DNA of 64,000 nt. Origin: an uncultured Fibrobacteraceae bacterium. GTDB lineage: Bacteria; Krumholzibacteriota; Krumholzibacteriia; LZORAL124-64-63. The notes under the pieces were generated by a model. The model saw only the letters and a program-made list of their open reading frames with translations, made no database searches and was not told the DNA's origin. Positions 1 to 10,419 of the stretch are shown here, piece after piece (positions within the stretch are counted from its first letter, which is position 1; the number at the start of each line of letters is the position of its first letter). The DNA lies in assembly GCA_964607825.1 (NCBI GenBank), contig CAZSNA010000001.1, positions 23,697 to 87,696 of the forward strand, in the 5' to 3' direction. The translations under genes were made by a program, and so were the position numbers.

Positions 1-1362
1 GGCAAGGAGGGCCTCGACGGGCCCGGTCGCGAGATGCGCGGCCAGGACATCGCGGCTGCGCTCGGCCATCATGGCGCGGCGCTTGACCCGGGCCCGGCGG
101 CCGCGGGGCGGGTCGGCCAGGGGCGGCAGCAGCCCGAAGTTGACGTTCATGGGCGAGAAACGCGGCGAGGTGGTGTCGAAGAGGAAGCCGTCGAGCAGGG
201 CGCCCAGCAGGGTCTCGGGGGGCCAGGCCGGGAGGTCGAGCCCCCGCAGGCGGGCCGACAGGCGCCAGGCCGTGGTCAGGCCCGAGGCGATGGACTCCAC
301 GTAGCCCTCCACGCCGGTGATCTGGCCGGCGAAGGCCAGGCGAGGCTCCGTCGGCAGGGCGAAGCCCCGGTCCAGCATGCGGGGCGTATCCAGATAGAGG
401 TTGCGGTGGAGCTGGCCGTAGCGCACGAACTCGGCCCGTTCGAGCCCCGGGATCAGTCGGAAGACGCGCCGCTGCTCCCCCTGCTTGAGGCGGGTCTGGA
501 AGCCGACCAGACCGAAGAGCGTGCCTTCGCGGTTCTCCTGGCGCAGCTGGACCACGGCGTGGGGGCGCCGGCCGGTGCGAGGATCCGCCAGGCCCACCGG
601 GCGCAGCGGGCCGAAGGCCAGGGTCTCGGGCCCCGTGTCGGCGATCTCCTCCACGGGCTGGCAGCCGGCGAAGAGCAGGTCCTTGTCGAAGTCGTGGACC
701 TCGGCCCGCTCTGCGCCGACCAGGGCCGCGTGGAAGTCGCGGTACTCGTCCGCGTCCAGGGGGGCGTTGAGATAGTCGGCCTCGCCGCGGTCGTAGCGGG
801 CGGCGCGGTAGAGGACGTCCAGGTCGAGGGAGTCCAGGGTGACCGTGGGCGCGATGGCGTCGAAGAAGTGCAGGCCCGCGTCTCCGGTCAGGGCGGTGAT
901 CCTGGCGTGCAGGTCGGGCGAGGTCAGGGGGCCGGTGGCCACGATCCAGTGGGCGTCGGCGGTCTCGAGCGGGTCGACGATCTCGCCGCGTCGGATCTCG
1001 ATCCGCGAGGTCGCCTCGAGCTCGGCCGCGACCCGCGCCGAGAAGCGCGCCTTGTCCACGGCCAGGGCGGCGCCGGCGGGCACCGCGCATTCGCGGGCCA
1101 GGTCGAGCAGCCGGCATCCGGCGGCCTCCAGCTCGGTCTTGAACAGGCCCGAGGCCGAGGCGGGATCGACGCTCTTCAGGGAGTTGCTGCAGACGATCTG
1201 GGCGAGGTCTTCGCCGCTGTGGGCGGGGGTGCCGCGTGCGGGCCGCATCTCGTGCAGCACCACGTCGTGACCGAGCCGGGCCAGCTGCAGGGCGGCCTCG
1301 CAACCGGCCAGTCCGCCGCCGGCCACGTGGACGGCCGGGAGGACGGGCGGCCGGTCGGCCAT
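1..1362 (-). CDS. trmFO: Methylenetetrahydrofolate--tRNA-(uracil54-C5)-methyltransferase TrmFO/Gid, 5' part; C-terminus runs off the window
   Basis: Reverse-complement from the ATG at 1360-1362 reads MADRPPVLPAVHVAGGGLAGCEAALQLARLGHDVVLHEMRP..., the FAD-binding N-terminus typical of TrmFO. The open frame continues to position 1. Not in the ORF track because no stop falls in the window. The start overlaps the topA stop (ATGA). Confidence 0.85.
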   Translation of the reverse strand, partial: MADRPPVLPAVHVAGGGLAGCEAALQLARLGHDVVLHEMRPARGTPAHSGEDLAQIVCSNSLKSVDPASASGLFKTELEAAGCRLLDLARECAVPAGAALAVDKARFSARVAAELEATSRIEIRRGEIVDPLETADAHWIVATGPLTSPDLHARITALTGDAGLHFFDAIAPTVTLDSLDLDVLYRAARYDRGEADYLNAPLDADEYRDFHAALVGAERAEVHDFDKDLLFAGCQPVEEIADTGPETLAFGPLRPVGLADPRTGRRPHAVVQLRQENREGTLFGLVGFQTRLKQGEQRRVFRLIPGLERAEFVRYGQLHRNLYLDTPRMLDRGFALPTEPRLAFAGQITGVEGYVESIASGLTTAWRLSARLRGLDLPAWPPETLLGALLDGFLFDTTSPRFSPMNVNFGLLPPLADPPRGRRARVKRRAMMAERSRDVLAAHLATGPVEALLA

Positions 1363-4052
1363 CAGGGGGCCTTCTTCCCGGCCGTCTTCTTGGCGGTCTT
1401 CTTGCGGGTCGTCTTCTTCTTCGTGGTCTTCTTGGCGGTCTTCTTCTTGGCCGCCTTCTTCTTGGTCTTCTTCTTGGCCGTCTTCTTCTTGCCGGTCTTC
1501 TTGCGCTTGGCGGCCGCGGCCAGCAACGGCAGGGCGGCCTCGACGGTCATGTCCTGGGGATCGTCCCCCTTGGGCAGGGACGCGTTCACCTTGCCGTCGG
1601 ACACGTAGGGGCCGTAGCGGCCCTTGAAAACCTGCAGCGGCTCGCCGGTCTCGGGATGCGGTCCCAGCTCCTTCAGGACCGGCTTGCGGTGCTTGTTGGC
1701 GATGCGCTCCAGGGCCTGCTCGAGCGTGATCTCGAAGAGGACGTCCACGTTCTCGACGCTGGCGAAGATCCGGGCGCACTCCACGTAGGGACCGAAGCGG
1801 CCGAGGCCGGCGCGGACCGGCTTGCCGGATTCCGGATCGAGGCCGATCTCGCGGGGCAAGGCCAGCAGCCGCAGGGCGTACTCCAGGGTCATGCTGGCGG
1901 GATCGAACTTGCGGCCGAGGCTGACGCGCTTGGGCTTGGGCTTGCCGTCCTCCATGTCGCCGAGCTGGAGATACCAGCCATAGGGGCCGGTCTTGAGGTA
2001 AATGGGCAGCCCGGATTCGGGATCGGTGCCGAGGGGCTCGTCCGCCTTGGCCCGGGCCACCAGCAGCTCCGACGCCCGTTCGGGCGTGAGCTCGTCGATG
2101 AGCAGATCCACGGGCAGGGTGACCCGGCGCGCGTCCTCGCCTGAGCCCGCCTGGACGTACACGTAGTTTCGGCCGATGCGCACGGTCAGGGGCTCGCCTG
2201 TGGCCGGATCCTCTCCCAGAGGGATGTTGGGGTAGGCGATGTCCGGCAGCTCGCGCTCGATGGTCTCCGCCAGGCCGGCGGCGTCTGCGCCGTCCCCCTT
2301 GTAGAAGCCGTCCAGGAAGGCCGTGCGGTCCAGATCGCCCGCCGCGATGTGGTCGAGTCCCTCCTCCATGTGCGCGGTGAACTTCAGATCCACGTACTGG
2401 GAGAAGTGGCGGCGCAGTAGATGCATCACGGCCATGCCCACATAGGTGGGCAACAGGGCGCCGCCCTTCTTCACGGCGTATTCCCGGTTCTGGATGGTGG
2501 AGATGGTGGGCGCGTAGGTCGACGGACGTCCGATGCCCTCCTCCTCCATCCGTTTGATCAGCGAGGCTTCCGTGAAGCGCGCCGGCGGGGTGGTGGCGTG
2601 GCGCACGGGCTGGACCTCGGCCAGGGCGATGGCGGCGTCGTCTCCGCCGATGGCCTCGCCGGTCTTCAGGTCGGGGATGAGCGTCTCCTTGCCGGAGCCG
2701 CCGCTCACGCGCATGAAGCCCGGGAAGCGCACGGTCTGGCCGGAGGCGCGGAAGACGAGTTCCCGGCCGTCGGCGGTGGCGACCAGGTCGGCGCGCGTGT
2801 TGTCCAGGCGGGCGTCGCTCATCTGCGAGGCGATGGCCCGCGACCAGATCAGCCGGTAGAGGGAGAGCTGGTCCTTGTCCAGCCAGCGCGAGACGGTCTC
2901 CGGCGCGCGCATCATGTTGGTGGGCCGGATGGCCTCGTGGGCCTCCTGGGCACCCTTGGCCTTGGTCTTGTAGCGGCGCGGGCCCTGGTGGTAGTCGTCG
3001 CCGAATTCGGCCTTGACGTAGCGTTCCGCGGCGGACAGGGCCTCCCCGCTCAGGCTGAGGGAGTCGGTCCGCATGTAGGTGATCAGACCCTCGCGGGCGC
3101 CGCCGAGATCGATCCCCTCGTAGAGCCGCTGGGCGATCTGCATGGTACGCCGGGGCGAGAAGCCGAGACGCGAGCTGGCGGCCTGCTGCAGGGTCGAGGT
3201 GGTGAAGGGCGGGCTCGGACGTTTCTTGGTCTCCTTGCGCTCGACCTCGCCCACCGTCCAGGGCAGGGCCTCGCGGCAGGCGGCGGCCAGGCGCGCGGCG
3301 GTCTCGGTGTCGAGGTGCGCGCGGTCCTTGACCAGGCGGCCGGTGTCGGGATCGAAGTCCTTGCCCCCGGCCACGCGCTTGCCGTCCACGCGACGCAGGC
3401 GGGCGCCGAAGGGGGTGCCGCCGGCGCTCAGGGTGGCCTCCAGATCCCAGTACTCGGCCTCGACGAAGCGCTGCCGGGCCTCCTCCAGCTCCACGATCAG
3501 GCGCAGGGCGGCGCTCTGCACGCGACCGGCACTCAGCTTGGTCCGCACCTTCTTCCACAGCACCGGCGATAGGGAGTAGCCGAAAAGACGGTCCAGGATG
3601 CGGCGACCCTCCTGGGCGCGCACGACCTGCAGGTTCACCTCGCGCGGCTCGGCCAGGGCGCGGGCGACGGCGGCCTGGGTGATCTCGTGGAAGGAGATGC
3701 GCTTGACCGGCACCTTCGGCTTGAGCACCTCGAGTACGTGCCAGCTGATGGCCTCGCCCTCGCGGTCCTCATCCGTGGCCAGCAACAGCTCGTCGGCGCC
3801 CTTGAGAAGCTTCTTCAGCTCGGCGACGTGCGACTTGCTGTCCTTGGTGACCACATAGATCGGGCCGTAGTCGCCGGTCGTGTCCACGCCGAGGCGGGCC
3901 CATGGTTCCTTCTTGAGCTTGGCGGGGATCTCCGCGGCGGTCGACGGCAGGTCGCGGACGTGGCCGTAGCTGGCCGCGACCGCGTAGTCCTCGCCCAGGA
4001 ACTTCTCGATGGTGCGGGCCTTGGCGGGGGACTCGACGATGATCAGCTTCAA
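1362..4052 (-). CDS. topA: DNA topoisomerase I with a lysine-rich C-terminal tail
   Basis: The 896-aa ORF begins MKLIIVESPAKARTIEKFLG and contains Toprim and topo IA motifs (YMRTDS-like active-site region). It ends in a 45-aa K/T/A-rich tail. topA-trmFO synteny. Confidence 0.95.
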   Translation of the reverse strand: MKLIIVESPAKARTIEKFLGEDYAVAASYGHVRDLPSTAAEIPAKLKKEPWARLGVDTTGDYGPIYVVTKDSKSHVAELKKLLKGADELLLATDEDREGEAISWHVLEVLKPKVPVKRISFHEITQAAVARALAEPREVNLQVVRAQEGRRILDRLFGYSLSPVLWKKVRTKLSAGRVQSAALRLIVELEEARQRFVEAEYWDLEATLSAGGTPFGARLRRVDGKRVAGGKDFDPDTGRLVKDRAHLDTETAARLAAACREALPWTVGEVERKETKKRPSPPFTTSTLQQAASSRLGFSPRRTMQIAQRLYEGIDLGGAREGLITYMRTDSLSLSGEALSAAERYVKAEFGDDYHQGPRRYKTKAKGAQEAHEAIRPTNMMRAPETVSRWLDKDQLSLYRLIWSRAIASQMSDARLDNTRADLVATADGRELVFRASGQTVRFPGFMRVSGGSGKETLIPDLKTGEAIGGDDAAIALAEVQPVRHATTPPARFTEASLIKRMEEEGIGRPSTYAPTISTIQNREYAVKKGGALLPTYVGMAVMHLLRRHFSQYVDLKFTAHMEEGLDHIAAGDLDRTAFLDGFYKGDGADAAGLAETIERELPDIAYPNIPLGEDPATGEPLTVRIGRNYVYVQAGSGEDARRVTLPVDLLIDELTPERASELLVARAKADEPLGTDPESGLPIYLKTGPYGWYLQLGDMEDGKPKPKRVSLGRKFDPASMTLEYALRLLALPREIGLDPESGKPVRAGLGRFGPYVECARIFASVENVDVLFEITLEQALERIANKHRKPVLKELGPHPETGEPLQVFKGRYGPYVSDGKVNASLPKGDDPQDMTVEAALPLLAAAAKRKKTGKKKTAKKKTKKKAAKKKTAKKTTKKKTTRKKTAKKTAGKKAP
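1375..1520 (-). repeat. Imperfect tandem ~15-nt repeats (ggtcttcttcttggc-like) encoding the (A/T)KKK(T) repeats of the TopA tail
   Basis: Direct reading: cttcttggcggtcttcttgcgggtcgtcttcttcttcgtggtcttcttggcggtcttcttcttggc... Translates on the minus strand to KKTGKKKTAKKKTKKKAAKKKTAKKTTKKKTTRKK. Confidence 0.7.
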
Positions 4053-4073
4053 ACCGGGCTCCTCGGCGCGGAC

Positions 4074-4409
4074 TCAGTGGGGACGGTGTTCGCTGAACGC
4101 CGCGCGGGGCGCGTCGTCCTCGGGAATCGTGAAGAGCAGATGGTCCACGAGCTCCTCCACATCCCAGCGGTCCAGCGGCTCGCCGCCCAGCTGCGAGGCA
4201 TAGTGGATGATCAGCTCGCGCTGCTCGTTGGGGAGCGCGCCGCGTCGGCTCAGCTCCATCAGGTAGCCGCGCGCGTCGGGTGTCAGGGCGTGCTGCTCGA
4301 GGGCGTCGAAATGCCGCAGGGCGCCGTCGGACCCGGCGCAACGGCGGAATTCCTCGTCGTCGAACATGTGGACCAGAAGCTGTCGTATCTTGCTGCCGGT
4401 GCTGTTCAT
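4074..4409 (-). CDS. Small acidic hypothetical protein (~111 aa from MNSTGSKIRQLL; the ORF could start as far up as 4505)
   Basis: ORF lies between secA and topA on the same strand with high GC3. No family recognised (…LVHMFDDEEFRRCAGSDGALRHFDALEQHALTPDARGYLMELSRRG…). Confidence 0.4.
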   Translation of the reverse strand: MNSTGSKIRQLLVHMFDDEEFRRCAGSDGALRHFDALEQHALTPDARGYLMELSRRGALPNEQRELIIHYASQLGGEPLDRWDVEELVDHLLFTIPEDDAPRAAFSEHRPH

Positions 4410-4517
4410 CGGGTCCTCCACGAATCCTGCTCGATACCATGCACGTTCGCCCGCGTCGTCGCGACACGGCCGCAGAACGCTAGCACAGGGCCGCGACCGC
4501 CGCAAGGGCGACCGTTC

Positions 4518-7500
4518 TCATCGTCCGCAGCACTTCTTGTATTTCTTGCCGCTGCCGCAGGGACAGGGCGCGTTCCTGGGCACCTTCTCGACGCTGCGCT
4601 GCATGGGCTGGGGGCGTCCCGGTATGGGCGGCTGGCCCGAGGGTGTCGGCTGGGGCGCGCCGGGATCGTCGGGGGCCGGCGGCTGGCCGCCCAGGTAGTC
4701 GACGTCCTGCTTGCTGGCCTGCATCTGCTCGGGCGGCGGCGCCGCGGGCGCCTCCTCTCGGCGTACGAGCTCGGCGCGCAGCAGCAGCCGCACGCTCTCG
4801 CGCTCCACGTTGTCCATCAGCGCCTGGAACATGTTGAAGGACTCGGCCTTGTACTCGACCAGCGGGTCCTTCTGGGCGTAGGAGCGCAGGCCGATGCCGC
4901 TGCGCAGCATGACGAGCTGGTTCAGGTGGTCCTTCCAGTGCTCGTCGATCACCTGCAGCTTGACGATGCGCTCCAGCTCGCGCATGAGCTCGGGGCCGAG
5001 GCGCGCCTCCTTCTCGGCGTGCTTGGCCAGCGCCGCCTCTTCCATGGACTGGGTGAGGGCGCCGTGGCCGATGGTCAGCCGCTCGTCCTCGGCCACCGGC
5101 AGGGGGGTCAGGAACAGGGACTGGAATTCCCGCTCGAGCTCCTCGAAATCCCAGAAGTCGTTGGCCTGCTCCTCCGGGGCATGGGCCTCCGCCAGGGCGG
5201 TCACCAGGTTGAGGACGTCGTCCCGGACGATCCCGGAGATGTCCTCCCCCAGCAGGATGTCGCGCCGCAGCCCGTAGACCACCTCGCGCTGCTTGTTGAC
5301 CACGTCGTCGTACTCGATCAGGTGCTTCCGGATGCTGAAGTTGTGCCCCTCGACGCGCTGGGCGGCCCGCTCGATGGCCTTGGTGACCATCGAATGGGTG
5401 ATGACCTCGCCCTCGCCGACGCCCATGCGGTCCATCAGCTTGATGAGCTGCTCGGAGTTGAACAGCCGCATGAGATCGTCCTCGAGCGAGAGGAAGAAGA
5501 CCGAGGCGCCGGGGTCGCCCTGGCGGCCGGCGCGGCCGCGGAGCTGGCGGTCGATGCGGCGGCTCTCGTGGCGCTCGGTGCCGATGATGTGGAGCCCGGC
5601 GGGCTCGTCGCCCACCGCGGCGGTCTCCTTGTCGTAGCCGTCGTCGGCGGGCAGGCCCAGCAGGGCGGGCATGTCGATCTTGATGTCGGTGCCGCGCCCG
5701 GCCATGTTCGTGGCGATGGTCACTGCGCCCTTGCGGCCGGCCTCCGCCACCACCTCGGCCTCGGACTTGTGGTGCTTGGCGTTGAGCACGTTGTGGTTGA
5801 TGCCGCGGCGCTTGAGCAGACGGCTCAGCAGCTCGCTGACCTCCACGGTGGTGGTGCCCACCAGCACCGGCAGGCCCGCCTCGTGCAGGCGTCCCACCTC
5901 CTCGACGATGGCGTTGTACTTCTCCTTCTTGGAGCGGAAGACCACGTCGTCGCTGTCCACGCGGCGCACCGGCTCGTTGGTGGGGATCTCCACCACGTCC
6001 AGGTCGTAGATCTGGGCGAACTCGGCCTCCTCGGTGACGGCGGTGCCCGTCATGCCGGCCAGCTTCCCGTACATGCGGAAGAAGTTCTGCAGGGTGACGG
6101 TGGCCAGGGTCTGGGTCTCCTTCTCGACCTTCACGCCCTCCTTGGCCTCCAGGGCCTGGTGGAGGCCCTCGCTGAAGCGGCGGCCGGGCATCAGGCGGCC
6201 CGTGAACTCGTCCACGATCTGGATCTTGCCGTCCATGACCACGTACTCGTCGTCGCGGTCGTAGAGGGTGTAGGCGCGCACGAGCTGGTCCACGTTGCTG
6301 ATCTGCTCGTTCTTCTCGGCGTAGGCCCGCTCGAGGGCGTCGATGCGCTCGGTGCGCTGCTCCGGCGTGAGGTCGGCGTCCTCCTGGATCTCCCCCACGC
6401 CCACGGCCAGGTCGGGCAGGACGAAGAACTCCGGGTCCTCGGAGGAGAGCTGGTCACGCCCCTTCTCGGTGAGGTCGGCCGCGCGGTTCTTCTCCTCCAC
6501 GACGTAGAGCAGGGGTTCGTCGGCCTCCCACAGGGCCTTGTCGCGCATGTAGGCCTCCTCGGTGCGGTTGACCGCGTCGAGGACGCCGGGCAGCTGGGCC
6601 AGGCGGCGGAAGCGCTTGTTCTTGGGCGCGCCGCGGGAGATGCGCAGCAGATCGAGGGCGGTCTCGGCGTCGATGTCCACGGCGTCGCCGTCCTCGGTGG
6701 CGCCCCGGAAGGCCTTCTCGACCCGCGAGAGCCACTCGTTGACCAGTCGGTTCTGCTGGCGCACCAGCCGGTCGACCCGCGGCTTGAGCTCCTCGAAACG
6801 ATGGGTCGACTTGGCCACCGCGCCGGAGATGATCAACGGCGTCCGCGCCTCGTCGATCAGCACCGAGTCGACCTCGTCCACGATGGCGTAGTTGAACTCG
6901 CGCTGCACGAGCTGGCTCTTGTGGACGGCCATGTTGTCGCGCAGATAGTCGAAACCGAACTCGTTGTTGGTGCCGTAGGTCACGTCGGCGGCGTAGGCCT
7001 CGCGACGCTCGTCCGGCGTCATGCTGTTGACGATGTAGCGGACCTCGAGCCCCAGGAAGGAGAGCACGCCGCCCATCCACTCGGCGTCGCGGCGGGCCAG
7101 GTAGTCGTTGACGGTCACCAGGTGGGCGCCCTTGCCCGACAGGGCGTTCAGGTAGAGGGGCATCACCGCCACCAGGGTCTTGCCCTCGCCCGTGGCCATC
7201 TCGGCGATCTTGCCCTGGTGCAGGACGATGCCGCCGACGATCTGCACGTCGTAGGGCACCATGTCCCAGACCATCTCGCGCTCCCAGACGGCCCAGCCGG
7301 CCTTGTGCTCGGCCAGGCGGCGACAGGCCTCCCAGACGACTCCGAAGGCCTCGGGCAACAGGTCGTCGAGGGACTCGCCCTCGGCGTGGCGGCGACGGAA
7401 CTCGTCGGTCTTGGCGCGCAGGGCCTCGTCGTCCAGGCCGGCCAGGGGCTCGCGCGCGGACTTCACCGCCTCCAGCATGGGTTGGAGCTTCTTGTAGTCG

Positions 7501-7550
7501 CGCTGCGACTTCTTGCCGAAGAGCTTTTCCAGGATGTTCGCGAAAGCCAT
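4518..7550 (-). CDS. secA: Preprotein translocase ATPase SecA
   Basis: 1010 aa with Walker [15 protein letters not shown], a DEAD-like DEVDS region and the C-terminal zinc finger [14 protein letters not shown]. Confidence 0.97.
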   Translation of the reverse strand: MAFANILEKLFGKKSQRDYKKLQPMLEAVKSAREPLAGLDDEALRAKTDEFRRRHAEGESLDDLLPEAFGVVWEACRRLAEHKAGWAVWEREMVWDMVPYDVQIVGGIVLHQGKIAEMATGEGKTLVAVMPLYLNALSGKGAHLVTVNDYLARRDAEWMGGVLSFLGLEVRYIVNSMTPDERREAYAADVTYGTNNEFGFDYLRDNMAVHKSQLVQREFNYAIVDEVDSVLIDEARTPLIISGAVAKSTHRFEELKPRVDRLVRQQNRLVNEWLSRVEKAFRGATEDGDAVDIDAETALDLLRISRGAPKNKRFRRLAQLPGVLDAVNRTEEAYMRDKALWEADEPLLYVVEEKNRAADLTEKGRDQLSSEDPEFFVLPDLAVGVGEIQEDADLTPEQRTERIDALERAYAEKNEQISNVDQLVRAYTLYDRDDEYVVMDGKIQIVDEFTGRLMPGRRFSEGLHQALEAKEGVKVEKETQTLATVTLQNFFRMYGKLAGMTGTAVTEEAEFAQIYDLDVVEIPTNEPVRRVDSDDVVFRSKKEKYNAIVEEVGRLHEAGLPVLVGTTTVEVSELLSRLLKRRGINHNVLNAKHHKSEAEVVAEAGRKGAVTIATNMAGRGTDIKIDMPALLGLPADDGYDKETAAVGDEPAGLHIIGTERHESRRIDRQLRGRAGRQGDPGASVFFLSLEDDLMRLFNSEQLIKLMDRMGVGEGEVITHSMVTKAIERAAQRVEGHNFSIRKHLIEYDDVVNKQREVVYGLRRDILLGEDISGIVRDDVLNLVTALAEAHAPEEQANDFWDFEELEREFQSLFLTPLPVAEDERLTIGHGALTQSMEEAALAKHAEKEARLGPELMRELERIVKLQVIDEHWKDHLNQLVMLRSGIGLRSYAQKDPLVEYKAESFNMFQALMDNVERESVRLLLRAELVRREEAPAAPPPEQMQASKQDVDYLGGQPPAPDDPGAPQPTPSGQPPIPGRPQPMQRSVEKVPRNAPCPCGSGKKYKKCCGR

Positions 7551-7593
7551 TAGCGGATCTTCTTTCGGATGGGTCGGGCGACGTCGGGTACGC

Positions 7594-8271
7594 TCAGACG
7601 AACCAGGTGTCGCAGAACTGGATGACCGCCGCCGTCGCCAGCGGCATGGTCAGGTTGTCCCAGCGGCCGGGCGTCCAGCGCTCCATGGTGGCCGAGGCCA
7701 CGCCGCCGGCCACAGAGAGCAGCAGCGAGGCGTCGCTGACGATCAGGATGACGGCGACCGAGACCAGGACGCAGGCGCCGGTGCCCGCCCAGGTCTTGTT
7801 GCCGCGCTTGGCCACCACCGGGATCCGGGAGTCGTCGCCGCGTTCCAGGCCGAGCTGCTGTCGCCGGTACGAGACCGACTGGCCGACGATCGCGGCGGCC
7901 GCGTCGCCCCAGGCCAGGCAGAGGATGCCCGCGGCGGCCGGCACCGCGGGAAAGATATAGGAGGTGATGGTGGCCCCGATCATCATGACCGAGGCGCCGG
8001 TCAGCCAGCGACGTTCGTCCCTGCGGAAGATAAGGGGAAACGTTCGGTAGAACCAGAGGGCCCAGCGGCGAGAGGACAGGCGGGCCGTGTCCACGGAGAT
8101 GCCGAAGAGCGAGACGGCGGCCAGGACCAGCGTGCACAGGGGGTCGTCCACCAGCAGGACCCAGATCGCCAGGCCCGTGGAGCTCAGGTGGAAGGCCTTG
8201 CGGCCCCACTCGACGCTCTCGCGCCAGGTCAGGGCGGGCTGGGCGTCGGTCTTGCGGTCGGCGGGCGTCAT
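7594..8271 (-). CDS. Polytopic membrane protein of the CTP-dependent polyprenol/diacylglycerol kinase (COG0170, CdsA/dolichol-kinase-like) family
   Basis: Multiple TM helices. N-terminal E..GRKAFH and C-terminal [11 protein letters not shown] motifs are typical of the family. Stop overlaps the start of the downstream transglycosylase gene (ATGA). Confidence 0.45.
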   Translation of the reverse strand: MTPADRKTDAQPALTWRESVEWGRKAFHLSSTGLAIWVLLVDDPLCTLVLAAVSLFGISVDTARLSSRRWALWFYRTFPLIFRRDERRWLTGASVMMIGATITSYIFPAVPAAAGILCLAWGDAAAAIVGQSVSYRRQQLGLERGDDSRIPVVAKRGNKTWAGTGACVLVSVAVILIVSDASLLLSVAGGVASATMERWTPGRWDNLTMPLATAAVIQFCDTWFV

Positions 8272-10419
8272 CTGGGGTCCCCGGATTCTGGCGCGGGTGC
8301 GGCGGGGTCGGATCCCGCAGTCTCAGGGCCAAGTATCCAGGCGTAGACGGCCCGGTCAATCAAAACCTTCTCCACGTAGCGCCGGGTCTCCGGGTAGCCG
8401 ATCCAGGACAGGAAGACCTCGCCGGGCGCGCGCCCGCCGAGCTGGGCGTCCCAGCGCTTCACCGCGCCGGGACCGGCGTTGTAGTCGGCCAGACAGCGGT
8501 AGGGGTCGCTGTCGTAGCGACGGGCCGCCGTGGCCAGCAGCTCCAGGCCCGCCCCCACCGAGGCGCCGAGACGGCGCCAGGTCGCCTCGCCGTCGTGATG
8601 TCCGCGGCCGGGGTAATGGAAGGGCATGATCTGCATCCAGCCCAGGGCGCCCGAGCGGGAGCGCACGGCCGGATCGAAGAGGGACTCGTTGCGGGCGACG
8701 GCCAGCACCAGGGCCGGGTCGAGATCCGAGCCGTCGAGCCGGCGCCACAGCTCGGCGTCGCCGGGGACCGGATACAGGAGGCGCAGGTTCTCGTCCAGGC
8801 TCAAGCCCGGGCGCGACAGCGAGACCACGGCGGCGAGCTGGCCACGGGCGTCGTCCAGCAGGAGGGCGGCGCCGAGCAGGAGGTGGCGGTCCAGAACCGT
8901 CTCGTGCGCGTCGACCAGGTGCGGAATGGGCGTGGGGACCGCGGGGGGCGCCTGCGCCCCGTCATCGGCCAGACGGCGCAGGATCTCCCAGGCGCGGAGC
9001 TCATCGCGCCAGGGGCGGTCCGCCAGGGCGGACGGCAGGATCCGGCCCAGGGCGCTCATGGGGGCCTCTGCCCCACTTGCGGCCAGAAGATCGCCGTATT
9101 CGCGCCACCGGGGATCCTCGGGACGATCGGCGGCCAGTCTGCGGCCGAGGACGAGCCAGGCCCGGGCGGCCCGTGTCCGGGCGTTCAGGACCGATCCTCG
9201 CCCGGCCTCGACGCTGACGGGCTGCGCACGCCCCTCGCTCACCTGCGCCTCGTATCGGCCCAGACGCCCTGGCCGCGGCGTGGCGTCCGCTTCGCCGGCC
9301 AGGGCCGCGAGCAGTTCAGCGGCCCGCGCGCGACCCTGATGGGCCGTGAGAGCGGCCATACGCTCGATCTCCATGTTCACGCGGCGCAGCACGCGTCCCC
9401 GACCGCTGCGCTCGGCCAGCATGCGGGCGGCGCGCAGGTTCGGGATGACGCTGCCCCAGTAGCCGTCGCTCGCCTGCTTGTCGGCGGCCCGCCTCAGGTA
9501 GCCGGCGCGATGCTCGTCGGCGATCCCCGGCAAGGCGGCGAGTCGCTCGGCGGCCGCGGCCGTCCAGCCCAGCAGCCGCCAGCGTCCGCGCAACCAGTGC
9601 TCCTGATCTCTCGCGTTGACAGGGGGATCCGGGAATTGTCCGTAGTGACGTCTCAAGGACGACTCGCGCAGGACGGCCGCACCCAGAGCGCTGCGGGCGT
9701 CGGTCGCGTAGGGGGCGCGGTCGATGTCGCGGGGCCCGAGGCCCGGCGAGCGCAGGGCGGCCACGAAGCGGGCCGCCCTGTCGTCGGACGGCTTGTCGGG
9801 CAGCAGCGGCAGGCCGAGGTGCTCGCGACGGATCCGCCAGAGCGTCCAGCCCGTATCCCGATCGTAGGGGCCCAGGTCGAGGAGCTCGGGCCACAGGCTC
9901 GTGTCCCGGGTTCCGGGCACGATCCGCGCTTCCAGTCGACGCTTCCGCAGGGTCCAGACGAAACGCTCCAGCTCGTCGAGCCTGTGGGCGGGCACGGTCC
10001 TCAGGAGCAGGTCGATGGCTCGCAGGGCCAGTTCCGGCTCCCGAGGGGCCAGGTCGAGGGCGCGCTTGGCGAGCAGGCTCTCCGCGAGATCGTCGGGCAG
10101 CTCGGCCGCGGGGTCTGCGGCCAGGCTGTCGCGTGCCGACCATCGGGTCGCGGCGGCCGCCAGCCAGGCGGCGGCGCCGTCGGCCGTGTGGAGCCTGAGC
10201 GACGCGGGTTCGAGGCCGCGCATCCAGGCCGCCTCCCAGGCGGCCGACCAGTGCGGCGCGGCGAAGAGGTCGGCCGGCCAGCCGTCCACAGTCTCGACGG
10301 CGTCCGGGTCGCGGTACTTGCCGACGCGGGCGTCCTCCAGGAAGGGATCCACCAGGAGGTCGGCGGCGGCGGGAACGGCGAGGAGCAGACAGACGAACGC
10401 CGGGATCCATCCACGGTTC
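8268..10419 (-). CDS. slt: Slt70-like soluble lytic murein transglycosylase (true start at MNRGW, signal peptide; the track ORF is over-extended upstream)
   Basis: C-terminal SLT domain ...ARNESLFDPAVRSRSGALGWMQIMPFHYPG...ADYNAGPGAV. N-terminal signal MNRGWIPAFVCLLLAVPAAA. ATG at ~10417-10419 overlaps the stop of the upstream protease gene. Confidence 0.75.

Noticed and set aside
3687-7553. 1288-aa plus-strand ORF antisense to secA; similar long plus-strand ORFs at 34-1608, 8595-10487, 10625-13234, 13044-14807, 14680-16407, 17190-19052, 19679-21106, 25796-27682, 31323-33488, 34741-36225, 46417-48375, 52872-54608, 58814-61204, 61477-63141
   Set aside because: Arg/Gly/Ala/Pro/His-rich low-complexity translations with no domain signatures, each fully antisense to a well-supported gene. 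These are typical stop-codon-poor artefacts of 70% GC DNA.
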